From the NCBI GenBank assembly GCA_029287375.1, contig JARFRG010000087.1, positions 1 through 49,988 on the forward strand: 49,988 bases of DNA, written 5' to 3'. The DNA comes from Boseongicola sp. (GTDB taxonomy: Bacteria > Pseudomonadota > Alphaproteobacteria > Rhodobacterales > Rhodobacteraceae). Positions 27,214-37,087 of this stretch are shown in pieces. Each line of letters begins with the position of its first letter. Position 1 is the stretch's first letter. The notes beneath the pieces are model-generated. The model was not told the origin of the DNA, searched no databases, and saw nothing but the letters and a program-made list of their open reading frames with translations. The translations under genes and the position numbers were made by a program.

Positions 27214-28491
27214 TTATGCCGACCCCTCAAGCCATTCAGGAATGGTATCTCGATTTATGATCTCGTCAAAGGTTGGACGGGGGCGAATGACGGCGAATTG
27301 ATGCTCATGCACCAAAACCTCAGGAATCAACGGCCGCGTATTGTATTCCGACGCCATAACCGCGCCGTAAGCGCCCGCAGATCTGAACGCCACCAGTGCT
27401 CCGGCCTCAACCGGTGGCATGGCGCGATTCTTGGTGAATGTGTCGCCCGACTCGCAGACCGGCCCCACGATATCATAGGGATGCTGTTCGGTACCGGCCT
27501 CAGGCTCGATCACCGGCAGAATGTCGTGGTGCGCCCCATACATCGCAGGCCGGACAAGATCATTCATCGCCGCATCAAGGATAAGAAAATCACGCCCCTC
27601 ACCCGACTTCACATAGATCACTTCACTGACCAGAATACCCGCATTTCCGGCAATCAACCGCCCCGGCTCAATCTCGATTTCACAATCGAGATGACCCAAA
27701 GTGCGCTTGACCAAAGCCCCATATTCCACTGGCAAAGGCGGTGCTGTATTGGACTGCTCATACGGGATACCCAGCCCCCCGCCCAAATCAAGCCGCCTGA
27801 TTGTGTGGCCATCCGCCCGTAGCGTCTCGGTCAACTCGGCGACCTTCAGATAGGCCTGCTCATACGGCTCAAGCGATGTCAGCTGGCTGCCGATATGCAC
27901 ATCGATCCCGATGACCTCCAGCCCGGGCAAACGCGCCGCCAAAGCGTATACCTCGCGCGACCGCGCAATGGGAATACCGAACTTGTTCTCCGATTTACCC
28001 GTCGCGATCTTCTCATGCGTCTTGGCGTCCACATCCGGGTTCACCCGCACGGTGATCGGCGCAACCATTCCAAGGCCGACCGCCACCTCGGAAAGCACCA
28101 CCATCTCCGGCTCGCTCTCGACATTGAACTGCCGGATGCCACCCAACAAAGCCAACCGCATTTCTTCACGCGTTTTACCGACACCCGAGAAAACAATTCT
28201 GTCACCCGGAAATCCAGCCGCCTTCGCCCGCAGATATTCCCCGCCCGACACCACATCAACGCCGGATCCAAGCGACGCCATAAGCCGCAAAACCGCCTGG
28301 TTCGAGTTCGCCTTCATCGCGTAGCAAACAAGATGATCCAGACCCTCCAATGCCTCGTCAAACAACCTGTAATGCCGGGCCAAAGTCGCCGATGAATATA
28401 CATAAAACGGCGTGCCAACAGCTTTGGCGATCTCCGGGATCGCCACGTCCTCGGCATGCAAAACGCCGTCTCTGTAAAGAAAATGGTCCAT
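27214..28491 (-). CDS. lysA: Diaminopimelate decarboxylase
   Basis: YAMKAN PLP lysine, HIGSQ, DLGGG, EPGR, GPVCESGD. Confidence 0.97.
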   Translation of the reverse strand: MDHFLYRDGVLHAEDVAIPEIAKAVGTPFYVYSSATLARHYRLFDEALEGLDHLVCYAMKANSNQAVLRLMASLGSGVDVVSGGEYLRAKAAGFPGDRIVFSGVGKTREEMRLALLGGIRQFNVESEPEMVVLSEVAVGLGMVAPITVRVNPDVDAKTHEKIATGKSENKFGIPIARSREVYALAARLPGLEVIGIDVHIGSQLTSLEPYEQAYLKVAELTETLRADGHTIRRLDLGGGLGIPYEQSNTAPPLPVEYGALVKRTLGHLDCEIEIEPGRLIAGNAGILVSEVIYVKSGEGRDFLILDAAMNDLVRPAMYGAHHDILPVIEPEAGTEQHPYDIVGPVCESGDTFTKNRAMPPVEAGALVAFRSAGAYGAVMASEYNTRPLIPEVLVHEHQFAVIRPRPTFDEIINRDTIPEWLEGSA

Positions 28492-28532
28492 AAAGCGCGA
28501 CATAACAGAGTTGCCGACCCACGCAAGGCTCC

Positions 28533-28985
28533 TCAGATCAACAGACTAGCCGCACCTTCGTGTCGCAACAAAGCAACCTTGGTCTCAACACCGCCCCGCG
28601 CCGAAAACCCTCCGAGATTATCCGCGCCTGTGACCCGATGACATGGAATGATGATCGCTATCGGATTTGCCCCACATGCTTGCCCCGCGCCCTGCGCCGA
28701 CAGACCCGTCACGCGCGCCATCTCCCCGTAGGTGCGCGTTTGACCAAACGGTATCGCAATCAAGGCATCCAGAAACGCGCGCTGCCGTTCCGAAACCTTT
28801 GGGGCCAACGGCAGATCAAACACAGTCAAATCGCCCGCAAAATATGCCGCCAACTGCCAATGTGCCTCCAAAAGGCACGGGGTTTCATCAAAACCTGCGC
28901 CGCCCCACTTCAAAGCAACCAAGGCACCGGAATCTTCAACCAGCGTCACCGCCCCAATAGGCGTATCCCGCGTCAAAGATGGCAC
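28533..28985 (-). CDS. ogt: Methylated-DNA-protein-cysteine methyltransferase
   Basis: IPFGQTRTY and NPIAIIIPCHRV active site. Confidence 0.92.
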   Translation of the reverse strand: MPSLTRDTPIGAVTLVEDSGALVALKWGGAGFDETPCLLEAHWQLAAYFAGDLTVFDLPLAPKVSERQRAFLDALIAIPFGQTRTYGEMARVTGLSAQGAGQACGANPIAIIIPCHRVTGADNLGGFSARGGVETKVALLRHEGAASLLI

Positions 28986-28994
28986 CCAATTCCC

Positions 28995-29046
28995 CTTCTT
29001 CTTGGCACAAATACTCCGGGGGGTGTGGGGGGCAGGGCCCCCCCCC
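28995..29046 (+). repeat. Dispersed palindromic repeat, copy R5
   Basis: CTTCTTCTTGGCACAAATACTCCGGGGGGTGTGGGGGGCAGGGCCCCCCC. Confidence 0.7.
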
Positions 29047-29073
29047 TTGTCGACGCGCGCCGTGCGGCGAACC

Positions 29074-31965
29074 CTATTTCAACGCCGCATCACACCGCCC
29101 GCAGGTGCCGGCATGCTGGTGTGATCCGACATCCGGCAGAATCTTCCAGCACCGTTGGCACTTTTCCCCGTCCGCCATCTCGAACACCACGCCAATGCCG
29201 TCAACTTCGGGCAACCGGAACGCCTCGGACGGGGCCGGATCCGCCGTCAGAGAAATGTCAGACGTGATGCAGATGTCCTCAAAGGTCACAGTCTTCAGCG
29301 CCGCCAGAACGTCCGTGTCCTCGACATGCACGACGGGGGCCGCCTCCAACGACGCCCCGATCACCTTATCACGGCGCTGCACTTCCAGGGCCGCCGTAAC
29401 GACGCGGCGCGCCCGACGAATACCTGCCCACTTCGCAGCCAATTCTTCGTCCAGCCAGTCTTTCGGCGTGTCCGGCATGTCTTGTAAATGCACCGACCCT
29501 TCGCCGCCCGTGCGCAACAACCAGACCTCTTCCATTGTGAACGTGAGCACTGGCGCCAACCAGGTATTCAACCGTGCAAGCACCAACTCCAACACGGCCA
29601 AAGCCGCCCGACGCTCGGCGGTGTCACCGTCGCAATACAAGACATCCTTGCGGATATCGAAATAGAATGCCGACAAATCCGTCGTCGCGAAATCAAAGAC
29701 CGCCCGGAACACACCCTGGAAATCGTAGGCCGCATAGCCCCTGCGCACCTTGTGATCCAACTCGGCCAAACGGTGCAGAACCCAACGCTCCAACTCCGGC
29801 ATATTGCTGGGTGCGACCTCAGCCGAAGCTTCGCCTAGATTGCCCAACAAGAACCGGAAGGTATTCCGCAAACGGCGATAGCTGTCCGCCACGCCCTTCA
29901 GAATTTCTGGCCCAATCCGCTGATCCGCAGTGTAGTCCGTCTGAGACACCCATAGCCGCAGAATATCCGCGCCATACTGCTTAACAACCGCATCCGGAAC
30001 GATTGTATTGCCCAGCGATTTGGACATCTTGATGCCCTTTTCATCAAGCGTGAACCCGTGGGTCAGAACACCACGATACGGCGCGCGGCCATTGGTTCCG
30101 CAGGATTGAAGCAACGACGAATGGAACCAGCCTCGGTGCTGATCCGTGCCCTCAAGATAAAGGTCCGCAATCCCGTCCTCGGATCCATCCTCGCGGTCGC
30201 GCAAGACAAACGCATGGGTCGACCCGGAATCAAACCAGACGTCGAGAATGTCGAACACCTGTTCGTAGTCATCCGCCGCGACATCGCTGCCAAGGAACCG
30301 CTCTTTGGCACCCGGCTTATACCACGCGTCCGCACCTTCAGCCTCAAACGCCTCCAAAACCCGGGCGTTCACAGCCTCATTGCGCAACAAAAAGCCATCG
30401 TCAGTCGGCAGAACGCCCTTCTTCACGAAGCAGGTCAAAGGCACGCCCCAGGCCCGCTGCCGCGACAACACCCAATCGGGCCGCGCTTCCATCATTGAAT
30501 ACAGGCGGTTCCGCCCGGTCTGCGGCGTCCACTTCACGTTGTCGATCTCAGTCAAAGCCCGCGCGCGTATTGTCGTGCCGAACTGATCCTGACCGTCGCC
30601 CACAGCCTGATCGATCGCCGCAAACCACTGCGGCGTATTGCGGTAAATCACCGGAGCCTTCGAGCGCCAGGAATGCGGATAGCTGTGCTTGATCTTGCCG
30701 CGTGTGAGCAACCCGCCAACCTCGGCCAGCTTGTCGATCACCGCCTTGTTGGCGTCGCCCTCGCCGCCTTTGCGCGACAGAATGAACTTGCCACCAAAGA
30801 ACGGCAGATCCGCCCGGAACGACCCGTCATCCATCACGTTGTAGGTGATGACTTGCGCCAGCATCCCCAGATCACGGTAAAGCTCGTATTCCTCCATACC
30901 GTGCGACGGCGCACAATGGACAAAGCCGGTGCCTTCTTCGTCGGTCACAAAGTCAGCAGCCCGGAAATCGCGAATGTCGTCCCACTCGCCGTTTGCGCCC
31001 TCGGCCCCGTACAAAGGATGCTTTAGCCCGCTGATTGTTGAGGGATCCACGTCACCCACACGGCGATACATCGTCTCGTCCAGACGCGCGCGCCCCAAAA
31101 CATCCCCCGCCAGCTTGTCGGCAAGAATATAGCGGTCGCCAACCTGCGCCCAACACTCCTCGGGAACGCCCGTCACTTCGTACAGGCCGTAAGAAAAGTC
31201 CGATCCGTATACGACCGCCTTGTTTGACGGAATCGTCCAAGGCGTCGTCGTCCAGATCACCACATAAGCGTTCTGCAAACGGTCATCATTCGTCGCATCG
31301 ACCCGGAACTTCACCCAAACCGTAAAGCTCTCCTTGTCGTGATACTCAACCTCAGCCTCAGCCAAAGCCGTCTGCTCGATCGGTGACCACATCACAGGTT
31401 TCGAACCCTGATACAGTGTGCCGTTCATCAGGAATTTCTGGAATTCTTCCGCAATCACGCGTTCGGCATGGAAATCCATCGTCAGATACGGATCGGCCCA
31501 ATTCCCGGTCACGCCCAGACGTTTGAATTCCTCACGCTGGATATCGATCCAACCCTCGGCAAACGTCCGGCATTCCTGCCGAAACTCAACAATATCCACC
31601 GCATCTTTGTCGCGGCCTTTCTTGCGGTATTGCTCCTCGATCTTCCACTCAATCGGTAAACCGTGACAATCCCACCCCGGAATATACCGCGCATCCTTGC
31701 CCATCATCTGCTGCGACCGAACAACCATATCCTTCAGGATTTTGTTCAGCGCATGCCCGATATGAAGATGCCCGTTCGCATACGGCGGTCCGTCATGAAG
31801 CGTAAAAGGCTCGCGACCCTTTTTCTCTCGCAGACGGTCGTAAATTCCCATCTCCGCCCAGCGTTCCAGCCATGCAGGCTCGCGGTTCGGCAAGCCAGCG
31901 CGCATCGGAAAATCGGTCTGCGGAAGGTTCAGCGTTTCTTTGTAGTCAGGCGTGTCGGCACACAT
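29074..31965 (-). CDS. ileS: Isoleucine-tRNA ligase (type 1)
   Basis: DGPPYANG, HIGH, WTTTPWT, KMSKS and C-terminal CQRCW..CGRC zinc finger. Confidence 0.98.
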   Translation of the reverse strand: MCADTPDYKETLNLPQTDFPMRAGLPNREPAWLERWAEMGIYDRLREKKGREPFTLHDGPPYANGHLHIGHALNKILKDMVVRSQQMMGKDARYIPGWDCHGLPIEWKIEEQYRKKGRDKDAVDIVEFRQECRTFAEGWIDIQREEFKRLGVTGNWADPYLTMDFHAERVIAEEFQKFLMNGTLYQGSKPVMWSPIEQTALAEAEVEYHDKESFTVWVKFRVDATNDDRLQNAYVVIWTTTPWTIPSNKAVVYGSDFSYGLYEVTGVPEECWAQVGDRYILADKLAGDVLGRARLDETMYRRVGDVDPSTISGLKHPLYGAEGANGEWDDIRDFRAADFVTDEEGTGFVHCAPSHGMEEYELYRDLGMLAQVITYNVMDDGSFRADLPFFGGKFILSRKGGEGDANKAVIDKLAEVGGLLTRGKIKHSYPHSWRSKAPVIYRNTPQWFAAIDQAVGDGQDQFGTTIRARALTEIDNVKWTPQTGRNRLYSMMEARPDWVLSRQRAWGVPLTCFVKKGVLPTDDGFLLRNEAVNARVLEAFEAEGADAWYKPGAKERFLGSDVAADDYEQVFDILDVWFDSGSTHAFVLRDREDGSEDGIADLYLEGTDQHRGWFHSSLLQSCGTNGRAPYRGVLTHGFTLDEKGIKMSKSLGNTIVPDAVVKQYGADILRLWVSQTDYTADQRIGPEILKGVADSYRRLRNTFRFLLGNLGEASAEVAPSNMPELERWVLHRLAELDHKVRRGYAAYDFQGVFRAVFDFATTDLSAFYFDIRKDVLYCDGDTAERRAALAVLELVLARLNTWLAPVLTFTMEEVWLLRTGGEGSVHLQDMPDTPKDWLDEELAAKWAGIRRARRVVTAALEVQRRDKVIGASLEAAPVVHVEDTDVLAALKTVTFEDICITSDISLTADPAPSEAFRLPEVDGIGVVFEMADGEKCQRCWKILPDVGSHQHAGTCGRCDAALK

Positions 31966-32047
31966 GGGTCGTGTCCTTTGAAAAAATCAAAACTGTCAGG
32001 TTGGGGCGGCGGATCAACTCAACGCCAAAGTCCCGGCCGCTCATCAA

Positions 32048-32098
32048 TCAGAGCGCCGGGCCTGTAATTCGAATAATGTTTGCGGTCTGCATAACCAT
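32048..32098 (-). CDS. Putative ileS leader peptide MVMQTANIIRITGPAL
   Basis: Three ATT codons within four codons, 82 nt upstream of ileS; stop codon in a hairpin loop. Confidence 0.7.
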   Translation of the reverse strand: MVMQTANIIRITGPAL

Positions 32099-32104
32099 TG
32101 GCAA

Positions 32105-32135
32105 ATGCTATAGTGTTGCGGCAACCTGAGGTAAA
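32105..32135 (-). promoter_or_regulatory. sigma70-like promoter for the ileS leader
   Basis: TTTACC-N17-TATAGC; overlapping TAGCAT ends 6 nt before the leader ATG. Confidence 0.55.
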
Positions 32136-32299
32136 GACGCGAACGCGGTCAGCACGCCCCCCCAAGTCACAAGCGGGCACGCAAAGACCAAAAACACGCC
32201 TCCACATACGTCGCAGCATCGTAAGACCCGACGCCTCAAAGGTCGTCCAATTCAAGCACGCCTGACATCTGAGGCAGCATCTCGGCCCGGTGCATCCCC

Positions 32300-33304
32300 T
32301 CAGCCGGTCGGTTTGGCCTTGTCGAAAAGCCCGGTCAAAGCCCGCTGGACGAGCCGCGTCACACGTGGTTTTTCGGCCACCCGAAACGGCAACGGACGGC
32401 AGACTTCCATTGCCGCCACCCCAACACGCGCCGTCAGCGCGCCGTTCACCAAACCCTCACCAAAGCGACGCGACAGCTTCGACAGCAAATGTCCGCCACC
32501 GATGGATCCCAAAAGATCGTCACCCACAGCCACAGCGCCCGTCGCGACCAAATGCGTAATGACCGCACGCGTCAGCCGCCACGCACCCAAAGCCCCCGAC
32601 CGCCCCCCGTAAATCTCGGCCACCCGACGGATCATCCGCACATTCGCAGTCAATGCCGCGATCACATCGGCAAAAGCCAAAGGCACCAAAGCCGTCACAG
32701 TCGCGACCTGCCGCGCTGCCGCCTCAACCTCGCGCCGTGCGCGATCATCCAGAGGCTTCAAAAGCGTATCCTCGGCCAGCCCCAAAAGCGTGTCCGCATC
32801 AAACGCCTCTGCCTCACCCTCGGCCAAACGCTCGCGCCCCCACCGCATGTCCTCGCGACCCGCATAAAGCGCGGCCAGCTTCTTTGTCAGCGCCCGCGCG
32901 CCGCCCATGTCGTTCTCCGCTGCAACGCGATCAGCTTCGACGTGCAAGGATTCAATCTTTTGCAAACGCGCCAAAGCCGCCCATTCGCGGATCAAAATCG
33001 CCAGACACACCGCCACAAACAGCCCCAAAAGACCCAAGGCCGCCCAGCCCAGATAGACATTGCGCGCAACAAGCCCCGTCACAGCATCCCACGCCGCAAC
33101 CGACCCAAAGAAAACAACCACTGCGCCCAAGAGTTGCCAGAACCAGCGCACCAATCGCGACGGTCTGCGCGCGGCAAGTGCGGCCATCGTCTGCATCGCC
33201 TGCCCGGAAGGGGCCGCCTCAGGCTCGGACACCGGAGGCGCATCAGCCGGGCTTGGCCCGCTCTCGTCCAACTCAATCAGAACCGGTCCGTCACGTTCAG
33301 CCAT
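32300..33304 (-). CDS. ycjF: YcjF/DUF697 family membrane protein
   Basis: Two TM helices, VAEIYGGR, GEGLVNGALTARVG, CRPLPF. Confidence 0.9.
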   Translation of the reverse strand: MAERDGPVLIELDESGPSPADAPPVSEPEAAPSGQAMQTMAALAARRPSRLVRWFWQLLGAVVVFFGSVAAWDAVTGLVARNVYLGWAALGLLGLFVAVCLAILIREWAALARLQKIESLHVEADRVAAENDMGGARALTKKLAALYAGREDMRWGRERLAEGEAEAFDADTLLGLAEDTLLKPLDDRARREVEAAARQVATVTALVPLAFADVIAALTANVRMIRRVAEIYGGRSGALGAWRLTRAVITHLVATGAVAVGDDLLGSIGGGHLLSKLSRRFGEGLVNGALTARVGVAAMEVCRPLPFRVAEKPRVTRLVQRALTGLFDKAKPTG

Positions 33305-33740
33305 TGGTTTTGACCTCCCAGAGCAATCTGACATCAGGCAAGGTCTCGTCGTTGTCCCCGTCTGTTGCGCCAACTTCGACAAAGCCGTGCCGTGCATAAA
33401 AACGCCGCGCACCCTCGTTGGCAGCAAACGTCCACAGACTCAAACGCTGACACCTCTCCTTGGCATCCGAAAGCAGGGCCGACCCGATACCCTGACGACA
33501 GTTTGACACATAAAGCGCATCAATTTCTTCACTTTGTTGACTGATGAAGCCCTCAATCCCGTGCGCCGCGACAGCCACACGCACGCCCCCTCGCTGGAGC
33601 AAATGCGAAACAAAAGCATGATCCCCGGCAAGCGTATGAATGCGTGGCATCCAATCCGTTCTGTCGATCCACCCCGAAAGGATTGACGCAACCGCGTCCG
33701 CATCGGCCTCATCGGCTTTTCGGATCGCCACCGCCGTCAT
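33297..33740 (-). CDS. GNAT N-acetyltransferase
   Basis: ALYV, RQGIGSALL and NEGARRFYARHGF motifs. Confidence 0.88.
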   Translation of the reverse strand: MTAVAIRKADEADADAVASILSGWIDRTDWMPRIHTLAGDHAFVSHLLQRGGVRVAVAAHGIEGFISQQSEEIDALYVSNCRQGIGSALLSDAKERCQRLSLWTFAANEGARRFYARHGFVEVGATDGDNDETLPDVRLLWEVKTNG

Positions 33741-35149
33741 AACCGATCTCCAATCAAAAACTGCGCGGCGCGATCCAGCCGGATATGCGGAGGTCCATCA
33801 CCAGGACGCAAATTCAGAGGCTGAGGCGCAAACCGCATCACCTGATAATCGGCCTCAAGCCACGCCTCGGCCCCCTGCCGCGCGGGGTTCAGCAAACGCG
33901 TCGGATCATCCGGCAATCGCCCGGGATAAAACGCCGCTCGTTTGCCCGACCCTTCCAATGTTCCGCGCACCACATCCAACGCGCGCCCGCCCTGATCAAC
34001 CCGATCCTCTGTCGTCGCCCTCAGGGCCGCAATCGACATTGCCGTCGTCTCGGCACCCGCAAAATCGGCCCGAGACCGCGCGTCTTGCAACAAGGCATCC
34101 GTAATCGCCGTCAATTGCGCATGCTGGCTTTGGTGCAAATGATCCGCTTTAGTCGCCGCAAACAGGATTTTCTCCACCCGCTGGCCAAGAAAAATCTGAC
34201 TTAGAAACGCGTTCCGTCCGGGGCGGAATGCCCCCAGAATATCTGACATCGCCTGTCGCAAGTCCTCGACTGCGGGCGGTCCTGCATGGATCGCCCCCAA
34301 GACATCAACAAGCACGACCTGCCGCCCGATCCGCGAGAAATGATCGCGAAAAAACGGCTTTACCACTTCGCGCTTGTACGCCTCAAACCGCCGCGCGAAC
34401 TCTCGGCCCATCGACCCCCGCCTAAAATCGCCCTCAGGCAACGGCCCAAAAGTCAAAACCGGAGACCCCCGCAAATCCCCCGGCAACAAGAACCGCCCCG
34501 GCGTGCAATCTGAATACCCCGCATCCCGAGCCGCCATCAGATAGCCAGTAAACGCCCCTGCCAGCGACTTGGCCGCGACTTCGTCCAGTTTTGCACCCGG
34601 ATCCGCAATCGCCAATGCTGCCCGAAAGACGTCCGCCTCGCCACGCTTTTCAATCCGCGCCAACGTCTCGCGCGACCACGTGGCATAGTCCTTGTCCATC
34701 AACCCAAGATCCAAAAGCCACTCGCCCGGATAATCGACAATATCCAGATGGATGGTCTTCGGTCCCGTCATGCCGCCCAAAAGCCCGGAAGGCTGCACTC
34801 GAAACGACAAACGCAACTCGCTGATCCCCGTTGTGCCCTCGGGCCAAACCGGCGTGGCACCCGTCATCGACGCCAAATGCGCCTCATAATCAAACCGCGG
34901 CACCGTGTCGTCCGGCTGAGGCTGCAACCAGGCCGTGCGAATTCGTCCATCCGCCGCCGCGCGCAACGCGGGCATCCGCCCGCGCGCGATCAAATTCGCC
35001 ACCAGTGATGTAATGAATACCGTCTTGCCTGCACGACTAAGCCCCGTCACGCCCAACCGCACGACAGGCTCGAAAAATGCCTCGCTGACAGTATTCACCG
35101 TGGTCTCAACGCCGCGCGTCAGCCCGTCCGCAATATCGCCAATGATCAC
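33737..35149 (-). CDS. ycjX: YcjX family NTPase
   Basis: GLSRAGKT Walker A, DYPGEWLLD, ATKADH, PHIRLD; GTG 35149 after AAGGA. Confidence 0.92.
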   Translation of the reverse strand: MIIGDIADGLTRGVETTVNTVSEAFFEPVVRLGVTGLSRAGKTVFITSLVANLIARGRMPALRAAADGRIRTAWLQPQPDDTVPRFDYEAHLASMTGATPVWPEGTTGISELRLSFRVQPSGLLGGMTGPKTIHLDIVDYPGEWLLDLGLMDKDYATWSRETLARIEKRGEADVFRAALAIADPGAKLDEVAAKSLAGAFTGYLMAARDAGYSDCTPGRFLLPGDLRGSPVLTFGPLPEGDFRRGSMGREFARRFEAYKREVVKPFFRDHFSRIGRQVVLVDVLGAIHAGPPAVEDLRQAMSDILGAFRPGRNAFLSQIFLGQRVEKILFAATKADHLHQSQHAQLTAITDALLQDARSRADFAGAETTAMSIAALRATTEDRVDQGGRALDVVRGTLEGSGKRAAFYPGRLPDDPTRLLNPARQGAEAWLEADYQVMRFAPQPLNLRPGDGPPHIRLDRAAQFLIGDRL

Positions 35150-35252
35150 AGTTAATCCTTCCGTTCCCGCCTCAAGATAAGAACGCACGCTCCGATACGC
35201 CAGATGCGGCTTAAGAATTGCACTTGGGCCGCTCTGACGCTACGCCGCTGTC

Positions 35253-36020
35253 ATGCCGCGTTTTGCTCTCAGAATCGAATACAACGGTCAGCCCTTTTTC
35301 GGCTGGCAGCGCCAGAACGACCACCCGTCTGTTCAGGGCGCTGTCGAAACGGCCCTGTCTGCCCTCGAAAGCGACGTCCCTACCATCGCCGCCGCCGGGC
35401 GGACCGATGCGGGCGTCCATGCTTACGGACAGGTCGCACATGTCGATTTGCAGCAGGACTGGGATCCCTTCCGCCTGGCGGGCGCGATCAATTTCCACCT
35501 GAAACCCACGCCTGTCGCGATCACTGGCCTAAAACGTGTTGACGATGGTTGGCACGCCCGCTTTTCCGCGCTCGAGCGCATCTACATCTACCGCATCGTC
35601 AATCGTCGCGCGCCGCTTGTGCACGAAGCAGGTCTGGCATGGCAGATTCAACGACCGCTTGAAATCGACGCCATGCGCGCCGGAGCCGCGTTTCTAATCG
35701 GCAATCACGATTTTACGACCTTTCGCTCGACAATGTGCCAGGCGAAAAGCCCGGTCAAAACGCTCGACGAAATCACCATCGCGCACGCTCCGACACACGG
35801 AGGCACGCTCATCACGATCAAAGTGCGCGCCCGTAGCTTTCTCCACAATCAGGTGCGGTCGATTATCGGCACACTTGACCGGGTTGGCAGTGGCGGGTGG
35901 GTACCCGAGGACATGCAAAAAGCCCTGATTGCAAGGGACCGATCGGCTTGCGGGCCGGTTGCTCCGCCCGACGGGCTATATCTGTCAAAGGTGACTTACG
36001 ACCCGGAAATCTTCGACTGA
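35253..36020 (+). CDS. truA: tRNA pseudouridine(38-40) synthase
   Basis: [36 protein letters not shown]. Confidence 0.96.
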   Translation: MPRFALRIEYNGQPFFGWQRQNDHPSVQGAVETALSALESDVPTIAAAGRTDAGVHAYGQVAHVDLQQDWDPFRLAGAINFHLKPTPVAITGLKRVDDGWHARFSALERIYIYRIVNRRAPLVHEAGLAWQIQRPLEIDAMRAGAAFLIGNHDFTTFRSTMCQAKSPVKTLDEITIAHAPTHGGTLITIKVRARSFLHNQVRSIIGTLDRVGSGGWVPEDMQKALIARDRSACGPVAPPDGLYLSKVTYDPEIFD

Positions 36021-36158
36021 TCCTGCCCTATTTCAAGAAAATGGCCTCATTTGTGGCGGGTTTTCCACAAAATGCGCGCTCGAAATGACCCTTGTCACGT
36101 CCTCAATCCGCCGCGAATCCCTGTCATAAAGATTGTATCGAGACATTGGAGTTATGTA

Positions 36159-36278
36159 ATGAGTGACCTGCTTGCCTTTTCGAACGAAGCCATCGCAATA
36201 AGCGGCCTTACATGCCTCGTTCTGCGCGAAATCATCCTTGCCGCGATCCCAAGCAATGGCCCTGTCGCCAGCGCTTAA
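36159..36278 (+). CDS. Small hydrophobic protein, 39 aa
   Basis: GGAG RBS; MSDLLAFSNEAIAISGLTCLVLREIILAAIPSNGPVASA; stop overlaps the convergent gene's stop (TTAA). Confidence 0.45.
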   Translation: MSDLLAFSNEAIAISGLTCLVLREIILAAIPSNGPVASA

Positions 36279-37087
36279 TTCGCAGGCACGCCGAATGTCA
36301 GGTTTGCCCAAAGGCTCTCCCAAACGACGCTCCGCTGGCTGACCAGCTGCGCTGATGGCTCGCGCAACACGACCGCATCCAGCATATACCGCGCCCCGGC
36401 TTTCACCGGCACCGTCGCCACCCCGTCGCCATTCGTACGCACCGTGAATACCGTCACGTCTCCACCATCCGGCTGTTCGTATACTTCGATCTGCTCGTTG
36501 CGGCGCGGCTCACCCTGATAAAGCAAACGCACATCAATCCCATTGCTCATATCGTCCGTATACGGGTTCTCGAGCGCCACGATCTCGGTGATCATACCCG
36601 ACACAACGTCAGAACCGCGCGACGACCCGACCCCAATCAATGATTTCGCATAGCGAGAATACACCTCGCGCACGCCTTCTTCTGAAAGCCCGCGCGCTTT
36701 GTGCGCCTCAAGCGCCCACATCGCGTCCTTGTGTTCGACAAAGGCCTCAAACCGCGCAAATTCATCCCAGGTCAGGATCAGACCGTTGGTGGCATGGATG
36801 AGGACAACCAAACCATCGCCTGGCGCGTCCATGCGCAAAGCGGGCCGGTCGCCCAAACGCCCATCAACCGGAGAGATCATGCCACCAAACGCGTAGTCAA
36901 AGCGCTTAAAGCCCTGCGGCAGATAGGCCTGACTATTGCCCGCAAAATCCTGCCCCACGCGCAAAGCGGCCACAATTTCATCAGAGGTGGCAATCTGATG
37001 CTTTTCGGGCGATATCCAAAATTCGTGTGCATTGGCGGCAAACGACATACATGTCAAAGAAGCGGCTAAGATGAGGATTCGAAACAT
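36275..37087 (-). CDS. DUF4198 family periplasmic protein
   Basis: Signal peptide then AHEFWISP, YSRYAKSL, EIVALENPY, WESLWANLTF. Confidence 0.8.
   Translation of the reverse strand: MFRILILAASLTCMSFAANAHEFWISPEKHQIATSDEIVAALRVGQDFAGNSQAYLPQGFKRFDYAFGGMISPVDGRLGDRPALRMDAPGDGLVVLIHATNGLILTWDEFARFEAFVEHKDAMWALEAHKARGLSEEGVREVYSRYAKSLIGVGSSRGSDVVSGMITEIVALENPYTDDMSNGIDVRLLYQGEPRRNEQIEVYEQPDGGDVTVFTVRTNGDGVATVPVKAGARYMLDAVVLREPSAQLVSQRSVVWESLWANLTFGVPAN

Noticed and set aside
14274-28985. dnaE2, tag and ogt as a DNA-damage island
   Set aside because: They are separated by unrelated housekeeping genes, and I saw an SOS box only at dnaE2.
31966-32135. T-box riboswitch upstream of ileS
   Set aside because: The leader is short and lacks the T-box GGTGGNACCGCG consensus; a leader peptide fits better.
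36121-36138. Pho box CTGTCAT-AAAG-ATTGTAT
   Set aside because: The second half-site is a poor, out-of-phase match.
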